Shown: positions 25,203 to 38,494, numbered from the stretch's first letter. The stretch: 64,000 bases of DNA from Octopus sinensis (GCF_006345805.1 NC_043002.1:119784001-119848000), one strand, 5' to 3'. A program made the numbers and translations. Notes: generated by a model from the letters alone, not told the origin.

Positions 25203-25337
25203 CTTCCTGGTTGCTGAAGACCTCCAATACAATGTTTCTGTGTCAGCCAATGGGCGCCGTATTCTAGACACAGTAATTATTCCCCTGACAAATTCACTTA
25301 GCTCCCAATTCAGATTGGAAACTTATTATTGGAATGT
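25203..25337 (+). CDS. Candidate internal coding exon of an unidentified gene (phase 2 to phase 2)
   Basis: Seen: CTCAC branch-like motif, polypyrimidine tract and CAG acceptor; GTAAGA donor; only one open frame, FLVAEDLQYNVSVSANGRRILDTVIIPLTNSLSSQFRLETYYWN. No expression or homology evidence. Confidence 0.5.
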
Positions 25338-26136
25338 GTAAGATAATTGATTTCTAATTCATCCGATGCATTTACCTCCCTTTTAAGTTTAATATAATTC
25401 GTACTTAATATTACTTCCGTAACCTTTCTGTTATTGATGTGTGTTTTCTATGATTAACACATTAATTCCGTAGCATTTGTACGCCTGTATTTGCCTTAAT
25501 TATCTTATTTCTGCTCCTTATCTTATAACATATTATGTTATAACCGCTGAGCTAATCGCCCATCCAAAAATACCTTAGGAATGAGAACCCAGGTTAACAA
25601 CAAACAAGATGAGGACAAATATATGTCAAATGTAAATAATGAACATATTGGTTTTAATTAATAAGTATTATTGCTGGTACTACGAAGACTGACTCTTTGG
25701 ATTCGACTGTGGCGCTTTTATGAAACGTAAATACGTAAATGCTGTTTCATACTTTCAATTTAACTATCATTCCTTATGATACAAATGTTTCCCTCCTTCT
25801 TGGATATAAAGAAATATCTTGGAAGTGATAAGTATGAAACATCTCGAAGAAATGTATGAACGTCAGAGTAATGCCAAGAAAGTTAAGACAATTTAATGAA
25901 AAATTTGATAAATTATAGTTGAAATATTGCATTCAACTGTTGGTAAGATAAGAGATAATCTGTATATGTGAGATGAATAACGGTTTAGTAAATTACCGAT
26001 TAGAAGAGACTTTGTAGGATTCCTGATGGTTTCAGTAACTGAAACCATAACAATTAACCAACTTTGAAATATAAATCCGCATCTAAGAAATAAATGTTGC
26101 TTTTAACGATATTTGTTTTTTGTTTACTTCGTATAA

Positions 26137-26333
26137 ATGATGATAGCGATGATGACGATGATGATGATGATGATGGTGATGATGATGGTGATGGTGATGG
26201 TGATGATGGTGATGATGATGATGATGGTGATGATGATGGTGATGATGATGACGATGATGATGATGATGGTGATGATGATGATGATAATGATGATGATGAT
26301 GATGATGATCATCATCATCATCATCACCACCAC

Positions 26334-26370
<37 letters not shown>
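26137..26370. repeat. (GAT/GGT)n followed by (CAT/CAC)n: self-complementary trinucleotide array
   Basis: Seen: orientation switch at GATC, 26307-26310. Confidence 0.95.
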
Positions 26371-26500
26371 TTTTATGGTGATTATGATAAAAATTATCAC
26401 TAACGAGGTGTTAAGAAGGAATAGAAAGAGTGAGAATGTGGCGTTGTAGATCGTCAATGACATCGGAAGTATCATTATTATTATTATTATTATTATTATT

Positions 26501-27164
26501 TTCTTTCAAATTTGCTTCCACTTCTTGCCGAGTGTCTTCCCGACTCCTAGGGCAAAGAAACTCATAGTATACATTGGTAGGCCATTAAACCAAACTCAAT
26601 AGTTCGTTCATTTTTTTTATTTTTTAAGTTAAATTAAAATACATGAGCAGCAACAGTTCTCACATCGACAATACGTGTGATGTACCAGTTAAGACAATCT
26701 TTTGCACTTCTTGCAGGGATGGTAAGCCAGGGATCATTCTCATATAATTTTCGGTTCCCTTCTTGATCATTCCTAGTGCTCCTACGATCACTGGTATTGT
26801 AACCGCCTTGAGATGCCACATTTTCTCAATTTCAATGAGTAGGTCTTTATATTTTCTGAGCTTGTCAAACTCTTTCGCTGAGACATTATGATCACAGGGG
26901 ATGCTCATGTCGATCAATAAGCAAACTTTATTGATTTGGTCTTTCACAACAATATCTGGTTTATTGGCCTTGATGGTTCGGTCTGTATGTACTGGAAAGT
27001 CCCACAGAATCGTTACATTTTCTCCTTCAGTTACAGCTTCAGGGTGGTGATTATACCACTAGTCGGCAGTTTTGATATTATAATGCCGATATTGTGTAGA
27101 TATTGGCCAACTCTGTCATGTTTTAATTTATACTCCACTGGTGCTAAGACTTTACATCCAGAGA

Positions 27165-27165
<1 letters not shown>
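26501..27165 (-). mobile_element. 5'-truncated Dong/R4-clade LINE (restriction-like endonuclease end) inserted in (TAA)n
   Basis: Seen: ISGCKVLAPVEYKLKHDRVG, ILWDFPVHTDRTIKANKPDIVVKD, LIDMSIP...K..KY.DL and IPVIVGALG. (TAA)n on both flanks, the known Dong target. Confidence 0.9.
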
Positions 27166-27204
<39 letters not shown>

Positions 27205-27222
27205 TATTATTATTATTATCAT

Positions 27223-27282
<60 letters not shown>

Positions 27283-27330
27283 CAGCAGCGGCAGCACCAG
27301 TTGTTGCTGTTGTAATAGTTGTAGTTGTAG
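27166..27330 (+). repeat. (ATT)n-(AGT)n-(AGC)n compound microsatellite
   Basis: Seen directly. Confidence 0.95.
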
Positions 27331-27394
27331 TAATGTGAGATCACATACAAGATGGAGAAGATAAGAAGTGTAGGTAATATATATACATACGGAA

Positions 27395-27510
27395 AGGTGG
27401 GGAGCTTGGAGAACCGTTAGCACGCCGGTCAAAATGCTTAGCGGTATTTCGTCCGTCCTTACGTTCTGACTTCAAATTCTGCCGAGGCTGCAGTCGAGTA
27501 CTGGGGTTGT
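27395..27510 (+). mobile_element. SINE family B, diverged 5' part
   Basis: Seen: GGGGAGCTTGGAGAACCGTTAGCACGCCGG...TTCAAATTCTGCCGAGG. Confidence 0.7.
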
Positions 27511-27551
27511 GAAATTGCTAGGCTTGTGTCAATATTTGAAATCAATATAAA

Positions 27552-27979
27552 GCGCAGGAGTGGCTGTGTGGTAAGTAGCTTGTTAACCAACCACATGGTT
27601 CCGGGTTCAGTCCCACTGCGTGGCATCTTGGGCAAGTGTCTTCTGCTATAGCCTCGGGCCGACCAATGCCTTGTGAGTGGATTTGGTAGACGGAAACTGA
27701 AAGAAGCTTGTCGTATATATGTATATATATATATATGTGTGTGTCTGTGTGTCTGTGTTTGTGTGCCTGTGTTTGTCTCCCTAGCATTGCTTGACAACCG
27801 ATGCTGGTGTGTTTACGTCCCCGTCACTTAGCGGTTCGGCAAAAGAGACCGATAGAATAAGTACTGGGCTTACAACGAATAAGTCCTGGGGTCGATTTGC
27901 TCGACTAAGGGCGGTGCTCCAGCATGGCTGCAGTCAAATGACTGAAACAAGTAAAAGAGTAAAAGAGAGTAAAGAGTAA
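27552..27979 (+). mobile_element. SINE family A, full-length
   Basis: Seen: matches the family consensus. Confidence 0.92.
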
Positions 27980-28110
27980 ATAAGCATGTATTTCGATATA
28001 GATTAAAAATTATAAAACAACTAACAATGCTCACACATTTTTTATTCATCACATAGTCAGGAGGAAGAAAAAGAGTGATGGTTGTGTATAATTTCTAGTG
28101 CGTTCAAGAT

Positions 28111-28494
28111 GGAAGCACACCGTCGGTTACGATGACGAGGGTTCCGGTTGATTCGAATCAACGGAACAGTCTGCTCGTGAAATTAGCGTGTAAGTGGCTG
28201 AGCACTCCACAGACACGTGTACCCTTAACGTAGTTCTCGGGGATATTCAGCGTGACACAGAGAGTGACAAGGCCGGCCCTTTGAAATACAGGTACAACAG
28301 AAACAGGAAGTAAGAGTGAGAGAAGGTTGTGGTGAAAGAGTGCAGCAGGGATCACCAACATCCCCTGCCGGAGCCTCGTGGAGCTTTAGGTGTTTTCTCT
28401 CAATAAACACTCACAACGCCCGGTCTGGGAATCGAAACCGCGATCCTATGACCGCGAGTCCGCTGCCCTAACCACTGGGCCATTGCGCCTCCAC
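28111..28494 (-). mobile_element. SINE family C (tRNA-Arg-like head) with 11-bp TSD
   Basis: Seen: minus-strand head GGAGGCGCAATGGCCCAGTGGTTAGGGCAGCGGACTCGCGG...GGTTTCGATTCCC. TSD GCGTTCAAGAT at 28100-28110 and 28495-28505. Confidence 0.93.
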
Positions 28495-28799
28495 GCGTTC
28501 AAGATAAGTAATAAGCAAAAAGGGAGGAACAGATCTTCTAATCGGCGAACTGGGTTGGATGTTTGCAGTAGAGCAAACTCTGTTGAAAGGGACACAAACT
28601 GAGGTTTTGATATGAAACATTGATATTGATTAGGTCTACAATTTATTTATCGAACCCAGAAGGATGGAAGGCGATTTTGATCTCGGTAGGAGTTCAACTA
28701 AGAAAAACAAGCTGACAATAAATGCTACGGCTATTTCTTCTCGATCTCTTTTTCAAATTTGTCTCTGTCTGTCTCTTCGTCTCGTTCTGCCTCTATGTT

Positions 28800-28950
28800 T
28801 CTCTCTCTCTCTCACTTTCTCTCTCTCTCACTTTCTCTCTCTCTCTCACTTTCCCTCTCTCTCACTTTCCCTCTCTCTCACTTTCCCTCTCTCTCACTTT
28901 CTCTCTCTCTCACTTTCTCTCTCTCTCTCCCCCACCTCTCTCTCTCTCCC
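28800..28950 (+). repeat. CT-rich minisatellite (CTCTCTCTCACTTTC-type units)
   Basis: Seen directly. Confidence 0.9.
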
Positions 28951-29114
28951 CATGCACTCACGCACATATATATCTTTATACATATAAAGGTGAACAGAGG
29001 TATATCCAGTCTGATAAGTGACTAATCTTTGTTTTATTGCGTTCTTGAAATTATCTTTCTTTTGAGCCGGGCAATCATCTCCAAAAATTGTATGCCAGTC
29101 AAAAACAACTCTCT

Positions 29115-29500
29115 CTCTTTGACTCTTTTACTTGTTTCAGTCATTTAACTGCGGCCATGCTGGAGCACCGCCTTTTTAGGACCTATTCTTTGGAAGCCTA
29201 GTACTTATTCTATCGGTCTCTTTTGCCGAACCGCTAGGTTACGGGGACGTAAACACACCAGCATCAGTTGTCAAGCGATGTTGGGGGAACAAACACAGAC
29301 ACACAAGCACACACGCATATATATATATATACATATATATACGACAGGCTTCTTTCAGTTTCCGTCTACCAAATCCACTCACAAGGCTTTGGTCGGCCCG
29401 AGGCTATAGCAGAAGACACTTGCCCTAGGTGCCACGCAGTGGGACTGAACCCGGGACCATGTGGTTGGTAAGCAAGCTACTTACCACACAGCCACTCCTA
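29115..29500 (-). mobile_element. SINE family A
   Basis: Seen: matches the family consensus with a small internal deletion. Confidence 0.9.
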
Positions 29501-29741
29501 CTCTTGGCTTTTTTTGAGAAAACAGAGCAGTATTGGTAGGTGTCTCTCCTTAATAAATGTTCACATCATAGGAGTCGTCCCATATTAACCCCAGCAAGTG
29601 AGATACCGAGACACTTTCCGAAAACGTAGAAATCATTGCAGTCCTAACATAATTTACTGAAGTTAAACGAAAATTAATTAAGAGAAGTGATTCAGAAAAG
29701 CCTGTGGCATGGGTACAGACAACAGTGACGCATAAAGGTAT

Positions 29742-30126
29742 GGAAGCACTCTGTCGGTTCCGACGACGAGGGTTCCGGTTGATCCGATCAACGGAACAAC
29801 CTGCTCGTGGAATAAACGTGTAAGTGGCTGAGCACTCCACAGACACGTGCACCCTTAACGTAGTTCTCGGGGATATTCAGCGTGACACAGAGAGTGACAA
29901 GGCCGGCCCTTTGAAATACAGGTACAACAGAAACAGGAAGTAAGAGTGAGAGAAAGTTGTGGTGAAAGAGTACAGCAGGGATCACCACTATCCCCTGCCG
30001 GAGCCTCGTGGAGCTTTTAGGTGTTTTCGCTCAATAAACACTCACAACGCCCGGTCTGGGAATCGAAACCGCGATCCTACAACCGCGAGTCCGCTGCCCT
30101 AATCACTGGGCCATTGCGCCTCCACA
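29742..30126 (-). mobile_element. SINE family C with 12-bp TSD
   Basis: Seen: TSD GCATAAAGGTAT at 29730-29741 and 30127-30138. Confidence 0.93.
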
Positions 30127-30387
30127 GCATAAAGGTATATCAAATACAACGAAATACGATCAATTCCTGATACATTGAAATTATTTTCCTTTTGGAAGAT
30201 GTGTAAGTAAGTGCTCTGTGATAATTGCAACAAATTTCACACGAAAAAAAGTGATAATTTGAAGAAACCAAAATTCTCTTAAATTGGTATGAAATTAAGG
30301 AAGAGACAGACAGATTCCTAGACACCAGAGAATGGATGTGAGATCTGCTTCCGTCTAAGGAATTTTTTAACCCAATATTTATACAGT

Positions 30388-30784
30388 ACTAGCAGTATCG
30401 CCCGGCGTTGCTCGGGTTTGTAAGGGAAATAACTATAAAGCATTTTTAGAGAGTTATAGCCAAAAAAACAGCAAAAAATGCATTAAAAATGGAAAAGAAA
30501 TTATGGTAATTTTTTTTTAAATCGTTGACTCATCGTAGACATTTTAAAGAGTTACTTCCCTTTATTTAAAAAATATGCTTTAAAATGGAAAAAAATTATG
30601 GTAAATTATTTTTAAAATCTTAGACTCATCGTAGACGCGCGCTAATACCCAGAAGGGCTCGATATGAATCACGACTATAAGATACCCGGTTTTGTTTAAA
30701 CTGCATCGCAAAATGTGGGAGTAGTTAGGAATCTAAATCGTAGGAGACAGACACTCACACAACTTCACTTTTATATATATAGAT
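30388..30784 (+). mobile_element. HINE-type element, second copy, with an internal ~95-bp tandem duplication
   Basis: Seen: same termini as 14448-14853. Confidence 0.75.
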
Positions 30785-33691
30785 TAATTATAGTTTTCTA
30801 CTTCGAATTCCACCGTTCAAAACGATTCATCTTATCTCTTGAAGTTTCTAAGTTCTTATGAATTAAACAACATAGATTACCCGCTGGCAACAACAAAGGG
30901 GAATTCGAACGGTTTCTTTTTGCACAATAGTCGAACTTACAGAAGATTTGGGTTCGCGTCTAACGGACAGACTTCGCCTCTTTCCAGCTAAAGTATTTCA
31001 AATCCAATATTTACACGGTTACACGTTATTGTTTATTGCTTTATTCACTCCAAGTTGCACTGTTAAAAACGATGTATCCATGCGTAGACACATTCATGGT
31101 TTTGTCGCCGTAACGACAGCAGGAAAATTCTATGTAGCTACAGAATAAATCATCTTCTGAATCCAAATCAATAAATGCTCTGAACTGAATGCTGTCTTTG
31201 TCGTCCATAATCCCAAATATATACTTAAATACAGCCTCACTAAATGAATCGCGGATATATTTTTCGATGTATTTATGGGGAAAAAAGCTAATACCAAATA
31301 TCACCGATCATTCGGAGACTATTTTATTTCAGTTTTAAAGAAACCCTTATCTTTTCATACAAAGAAGCAAAGTCAAACTTACAATACACTTATTTCTATA
31401 TTTAGTTTTACCTGTGAAAATGTGGCGTGAGAGCAGATCGCTTCAGAAACATCTGTTTCTTAATAGAAAAACAGGAAAATGCTCAAATATATTCTTGGAA
31501 GAAACATAAATTCGAATTTTCTTTCTCTTTTATATCCTCTTTCATAAAGTAAACGTTTCCCCATGTTTGAGGTGGCATGTGCTTAATATTGAATTAATTT
31601 AAACTTCTTTATTAATATACTTGTTACTTTATTCCTGCGTCAGATAAAAATATGCGTTCATTATTACATTTTGATTTATATGTTAAATAACATGTAAAAT
31701 GATTAAAAAACATTTAATCAAATAGAGTTATGAAAGATTTCTATTATTACATATGTAACAAATATACGTGGGATTATACAAACACTCGAATATTACCATT
31801 CATTTAATTAGACACATATGCTGTTTACAAGTATATGTATATTCGCATGTTTGTAAATTTCTATATATATTTGATTTAGGCAACCGACTGAAACAGTTTC
31901 TTCCCGTGAGTTTGCGCACGTGTGTGTATGCGTGTACACTATTATATAAAAGTGTAGTTTGCATACATACACTCCCATACTCTTGATTAGGATGTTACTA
32001 TTAACACACAGAAAATGTATAGTACATACACTTTCAATCAGATTTCCGTTTCGCATTCTTAATCTTTTAAAATGCAATTTATTTACTAAGTAGCTTATCT
32101 GCGTGCCGTGTACAGTGGCGAAAATGTTAACCGTAAAACGCAATGATCATGAGCATGGATTTCTATGAAGCTTTCTAATTCTGTTTCAGTCAGTTGGCAA
32201 AATCAAATATATAGAGAAATTTACAAACATAAATATTGAATGAAGAATAAAACTAAAATGGAATTATTAATAGAAGTAAAGAACCGAAAAAGAAATACAT
32301 AAAGATCGAACAATATTATTAACAATTTAGTCAATGAATACTTTGCAGAAACGTAGCAGTCAGGAGAGAATTTTATAAATTTTGTTTTTATTATTGATTA
32401 TTATGACAGTTTCCGGAAGTATTAAGAACAGACGCTTCGTTCTACTTCCTGTCTTGAATTAAAATTGACAGCTCTGAATTTTATCTTACACACGAAATAC
32501 ATGTAAATTGTCTCTCTTTAGTACTCGAGGCTTGTCTAAAGTTTCATTTATTTTAAAAACACAAACAAGCGTCATATATATATTTACAAAATAATGTAAA
32601 GTAATGTCAGAGGTATATAGGGTAAATTGAATTCTGTTAGACTAAGTGACGATGTGCAAATGTTTTTCTTTTTTTTTTAGATGGATATTATACTCAGATA
32701 TATCAGTTCAGGCGACTGTTCTGTTAATTATTCCTGTTGACAGATAATGTGATGAAAATAACATCACAGAAAAATTGAATCATACAATTATTAGGTTGCT
32801 GACGTTTTCAAAACACTTTCAGTTAGATGTTTTCAAAAAGAAAACAAATATGATACAAAATATTACGTCTTGCAACCTGTGAAAAGTTTTTCATGGAAAA
32901 TTAAATGTTAGTATAATGAAGTGATTGCAAATAACAAGTTTAAAAAGTAACATATTCTCTAAAAGACAAGTATATAAAGTGGCATATTTGCCGAGTACAC
33001 ATTTGTTTAAAAGAAACACCTATTGAACGAACCAACCAAGTAATCTTTATTTGGTCGATCGACCTTCTAGAATTAACAGCTAATTCTCTCTCAAATCACA
33101 CTTGACAGTCTTAAAAATGGAAAGGCCACCATGTGTTATTTAGTCCTAAATAAAGAAAGTCTGCAATGACATATGGGTTGACTGTAGTTGGAATGTCTTT
33201 GATAGCAGATCTGTTCGAAAAGACTAAACCACTGTGCTTACTGCTTCAATGATTATTGGAGTAACATTTTAAATTGGAGATTCTAATCCGAAAATCTCGA
33301 AATGAAGACCGATTTATACCAGACGTAGATGACGGTGTGTAATAGTTCTTTAAAAAGACATACTTATTGTAAACAAACTGTTGTTCTGCAGTTTGTTCGC
33401 TAGCTTTGCCATCATAACACGACGAAATGTGCATAACATCACGATGCCTTGACAGATAGTAAACTTGAAGACCGCATTATTTGCCCAAGAGAGAGAAGAT
33501 CCCGCCACAATGTCATCTGTTTTATACTCTTTTCTCACTTAATAGGAAAACCTTCAGAAATAGGACCTTCCTTAAGTCCCAATTAATGGATAAATATTTT
33601 ATGCAATATCATAGATATAGGAAAATATTCAATAGTTATAACAGAAGTGTCTCGTTCAGTTAAGCACCTAGTTTTAAAATATTTTAGTTAG

Positions 33692-33749
33692 TACCCTTAA
33701 ATCAAGGATAGATGCAGAAAACTCATGTAGAGCTTATAATAAGTGCCCA
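33692..33749 (+). CDS. Weak candidate exon, phase-compatible with 25203-25337
   Basis: Seen: TTAG acceptor, GTGAGT donor, open frame TLKSRIDAENSCRAYNKCP. Could be a chance pseudo-exon. Confidence 0.2.
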
Positions 33750-33834
33750 GTGAGTGATCAATGCAACACCTAAGCTGTGGTGTATCAAGCAAAAGTAATA
33801 TTGCATTCAAATTTCACGACAAGGGCAGCAATTT

Positions 33835-34012
33835 CAGGGGAGAGAGTATGTCGATTACATCGACCCCAGTATTCAAGTGTTTCATATTTTATCGAGCTCG
33901 AAAGGTTGAAATGTAAAGCCGACCGCTGTGGCATTTGAAGTCAGAGCGTAAAGACGGACGAAATGCCGCTATGCGTTTTAGCCGATGCGCCAACTATTCT
34001 GTTAGCTCGCCG
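33835..34012 (-). mobile_element. SINE family B, diverged
   Basis: Seen: GTCGATTACATCGACCCCAG...TTTATCGAGCTCGAAAGG...GCTCGCCGCC. Confidence 0.75.
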
Positions 34013-34273
34013 CCCCAAGCAAAAGTAACATTGACCAACACTACCGGGACGAGGTACAGAGAGAAATACGTCGGAGTAACGGTGGATCCTCTTAAGGTCA
34101 GGCTGAATTTTTACAGATCCACCTTCAGAACGAAGGAAAGTTATGCTAAATATTTTCCCCTGCATTTAAGACGACGAGAATAATTTTAATGCGCCTCGAT
34201 TCAGAACAAATGTCCCAAAACTGATCTTTTGTAAATGACTGGTTTTGGCGAATTTTGGCAGATTATTAACTCA

Positions 34274-34338
<65 letters not shown>

Positions 34339-35470
34339 AATACACACACACAGACAAGCACGTACACACATATAGGCACCAACACTCTCTCTCTCTCTGT
34401 TTCTCTTTCTCTCGCACATACACATGTACATAGTTACCATTAATCAAATTTCTCATACAGTATATTAAATTATCTGAGATTATGCATGAAAGTGCAACAC
34501 TGTAGGGCGATGTCTGAAACGGCGTAATTTTGAAGCAAATCTCTTAAGAAAAGAGCCTCGTTTGTGCCCAAAACGCTGTCCGGCTGCTGAAGATCTTACT
34601 GGTGAAAGATTAACAAAAAGAAAGAAAAAAAAAACTGACAGAAAATAACCATGATGGTAAAATAAAAATAATTTCAAATCGAAACCGAAGTCTTATGATT
34701 GCTCCTGTGATATAACTCCCTTCAAGTGATATGATATCTATCTTTATCCAGTTGTTTCAGTAGTCCTGATTCTGAAATTAGAGTTTATAATATTTAATAC
34801 CACCTTACTTTGAAATATATACAAATAACAATAACTGCTACAACATTGGCATTTCCTTTTCAGTAGTCCTAATATGAGGCAAGTGGTTGAATATCTTAAA
34901 ACTTTTTTTACATAGTTGGTTAAACGATAACATAACTCCAGCCTCCAAATAGTGATCTTTTAAAGTGTAGAGAATTTGAGGAATCACATCTAGTGCGCAA
35001 AGTACTCTGTAAACGTCAATAATAATTTTATAACTGCCGATTTATCGCTAAACTGTTTTACCTGCCATTAAACAGAACATAAAGTAAGAATTCATTCAAT
35101 AGAAAATTACCGATTGGTGTTCAGAGAGGAGAAAAAAAATGATAATAAAGGATAAAGAACGGATAAACAGAATTTGGAAATCTGCTATTAGAGTTTATTG
35201 GAAATCGATGCTAATAACAGTAATAATGCGTGCAGTCATCCTTGTTTTGCGGATATTTATTCTTTAATATCTGCAGTTTATCCTTAAACTAGTCGTTGGT
35301 CTTCATCAGTGCATAATTTAGCTTGTTACGAAAGATAAAACGAAATACACAACATGTAGCTACCTGTGTAAACAACCGCTTTGTATTTATTCCATTATGC
35401 AATAAAAATTACAGGTAAATGCTCACAAATGGGCTAAATCTAACTTGTATGTAATTATTAAATGAATTCT

Positions 35471-35598
35471 CGTGGCACCTTGGGCAGGTGTCTTCTATTA
35501 TAGTCTCGGGCCGACCAAAGCCTTGTGAATGGATTTGCTAGACGGAAACTGAAAGAAGCCTGTCGTATATATGTATATATATATATATATATATGTGT

Positions 35599-35646
<48 letters not shown>

Positions 35647-35902
35647 CTCTGTGTGTGTGTGTGGTGTGTGTGTGTTTGTTTGTTTGTGTATGTTTGTGTG
35701 TCTGTGTTCGTCCCCCAACATCGCTTGACAACCGAGGCTGGTGTGTTTACGAGCCCGTAACTTAGCAGTTCGGCGAAAGAGATCGATAGAATAAGTACCA
35801 GGCTTACAAAGAATAAGTTCTGGGGTCGATTTGCTCGACTAAAGGCGGTGCTCCAGCATTGCTAAAGTGAAATGACTGAAACAAGTAAAAGAGTAAAGAG
35901 TA
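35471..35902 (+). mobile_element. SINE family A, 5'-truncated
   Basis: Seen: matches the family consensus. Confidence 0.9.
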
Positions 35903-36942
35903 TTACAAAATGATTTTTTAATAATTTTTTTGGTAATTATTTAGCCCATATTCGCCATAATTGCGCAGATGTACAGCATGAAGATTGTGGTCAAAACTTA
36001 GGCGTGAGGCAGAGGTCCGTTGTTCAATATATATCATAATTTTACCTATTGGAGAACAATAATCAGCATTCTGAAATGGTAATGTCCATTGGAAGTGGGA
36101 AAATCATTGGGCTTTTACATTAATTCAGCGTATCAATAAAGTATGCAATTAGGCTCTCTGGGTAAGGTTTCATTCAAGGCACTTGCGGCGTGTATAGAGG
36201 TGTCTTTATTTTTCATTCGTTACCCTTTGCAAAAACGAAAGCCTGTGATCCCTATGATTAGCAAATAATATATTTCGTACAAGAAGTTAAGGCTTTCTCG
36301 TTTTAAGAAGCAGAAGCTGCAACTGTAGTTTGTATCGTAAAGATTAGATTGGATTCACATCGAACGATATTTGGAGACGATAACGTGTGAAAATATACGA
36401 GTAGAATATCATTTGAAAGCAAATATTCTATGAATGCATGCCAGTCTGGGAAGGACTTCAACTGTGCAGATAAAACAAAATATTGTAATAATACAAAATA
36501 TGAGCAATAACCTATATAACGCAACTAGAAATAATTGGGTTTGTTAAATCTAGTGATGATATGTGCTGATACAATACAAATAATAGTGTAAAAAGTAAAG
36601 GTAAGTTTTGATGTTTAGATATAAGATATAGTCTTTCAGGAAAGAACTCACATTTTCTCCTTAATTAATAGATGTCTTCTGCCGAAACAGATCTTCACTA
36701 GATTTATCGAACTCCAGTAACATTATTTGCTCTATATGCTTTATGGTTCCTATTATATCAGTAATAAAGGCATTATGTAAATTGTATTGAGCTGGTTATA
36801 GTTATAGGGTATGTGAACAGTCATATTGGATTAAATCTTTATCATATCGAGCGTATCTTTTGGTAACGTTAACTTGACTGATGACCTCTTTTATTGCAGA
36901 ATATCCGTACGTTTTCCTTATTTAATGCATCTTTTGTTTTAG

Positions 36943-37115
36943 GGTCCATCGAAATGTTTTCCTCAGTTGAGCGATTGCGTTAGCTGGACAATAGCCACAG
37001 TGTTTAATCTTAGCATTCTTGGATTCGCTATCATGAATAAAACAGACACCAGTATTACAAGAGATTTCCAAAAACTTAACTATATCTATATCCTTCATAG
37101 AAAGTCACTTAGAGT
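36943..37115 (+). CDS. Weak candidate exon with a hydrophobic segment
   Basis: Seen: TTTTAG acceptor, GTAAGA donor, one open frame GPSKCFPQLSDCVSWTIATVFNLSILGFAIMNKTDTSITRDFQKLNYIYILHRKSLR. Confidence 0.25.
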
Positions 37116-38024
37116 GTAAGAAAAAAGACCTTATCGGTTATTACGCATTTCTCCCGACCTGCAAAAACCCTCTCCTTAAATATTGAGCTAACGCAATTAT
37201 GCCATTTGATCCTTTAAACAATTTTCCCACGCGCGTTTTAATTTCAACCAAATCAATATTACATCGTAAGATATCATTTAATATTTTAATTAAAATTTGA
37301 CGTCATCATTACTAGAAATTATAGGATAATTACATGTTGTGAAATTTGTGGAGATTTCAAGCTAATTTGGATGGTATTATCTTTCATTTAATACACTTCT
37401 TTCATAATAATTTTACACTTTCTCATTGGAATCATATTTTTTGTTTTTCGTATTTGCTTGCAAAATTTAAACGAACAAAATCTGTTTCTTTTGTTTATTC
37501 TTGTTTTTTCTTCTTCATTAAGAGAATGGAATATTAATTATTTTATTTTTTTACACTCAATTTTGTTAATTACTAAATAAATTTAAATGCTATTTGCTTA
37601 TTTATTCAATTAGCATAGCAAGTGTTGCAAGTACCGATTCCGAAAAGATAAGCTTCCTCTTGGGTCTGCGATATGGTTTCAATTGTTCGTTTATACTATT
37701 ATATTTCACTTACTGTTTTATTGTTAGCCTAAATATTAAGTGTTGCTCTTAATCAAAAGGAAAAAGGAAATACATTAAAGTAGCGCCATCTATTCCCATT
37801 TAAGAATTGTTAAATAATTGCAATTAAAGAAGAAAGCAATCAATATACTTCAGAATAAAACAGATAATAATTCTATTCGATATAGTTGTCCAATAACTAT
37901 TATAGTCCTAATGGTGAATACAAATTATGAATATCATCAAACTTTTTAAAAACTTTTAACTAACAATTATTCAGCTACACTCGACATATTCTGAAATTTC
38001 TGATTTAAAACCGTTTGCAATATT

Positions 38025-38196
38025 TCAGATGACTCCCTGTACATCATGTGACGTCAAAACAGCGTCATTTGTTTGGCGTATTTGTTCAATAACATTATTT
38101 GGCAAATCAGACCTTGGCTTCTTACCGGGTTTAGATTCTTCTCTAAGCATTTTCTGCAGTATTGTGTGAACACGGTAGTTGTGAATAAAATCATAC
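38025..38196 (-). CDS. Candidate terminal coding exon of an unidentified gene
   Basis: Seen: T-rich tract and TAG acceptor, then YDFIHNYRVHTILQKMLREESKPGKKPRSDLPNNVIEQIRQTNDAVLTSHDVQGVI*. Phase-compatible with 44300-44390. Confidence 0.4.
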
Positions 38197-38436
38197 CTAG
38201 TTTAAAAAAAGCATTAGAACTAAGTTTGACAGTATTCGAAAGAATGAATGTCAAACAGCAAATAATTGATATAGTGACACATTTAAAGAATTTAAAAGAA
38301 AGAAAATATATGTGGAATTAAGGACTATAGATAACAGAATCAACAAAAAAATGGTGCAGCGTTTACCAATATATCCTCTCTCTCTCTTCTCTCTCTTTGT
38401 TTACATATATAAATATATATACATATATACCTATAC

Positions 38437-38483
<47 letters not shown>

Positions 38484-38494
38484 GATATACATAC

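Noticed and set aside
26083-26475. Poly-Asp/poly-His ORFs suggesting a metal-binding protein
   Set aside because: Trinucleotide microsatellite with no flanking coding context.
31041-31304. 87-aa minus-strand ORF that looks protein-like
   Set aside because: No motif, no convincing splice boundaries, and length within chance expectation.
34480-34610. RFamide-like neuropeptide reading (GQRFGHKRGSFLKRF) after a strong acceptor
   Set aside because: The amidation Gly is not followed directly by a dibasic site, there are no repeated peptides and no signal peptide exon was found.
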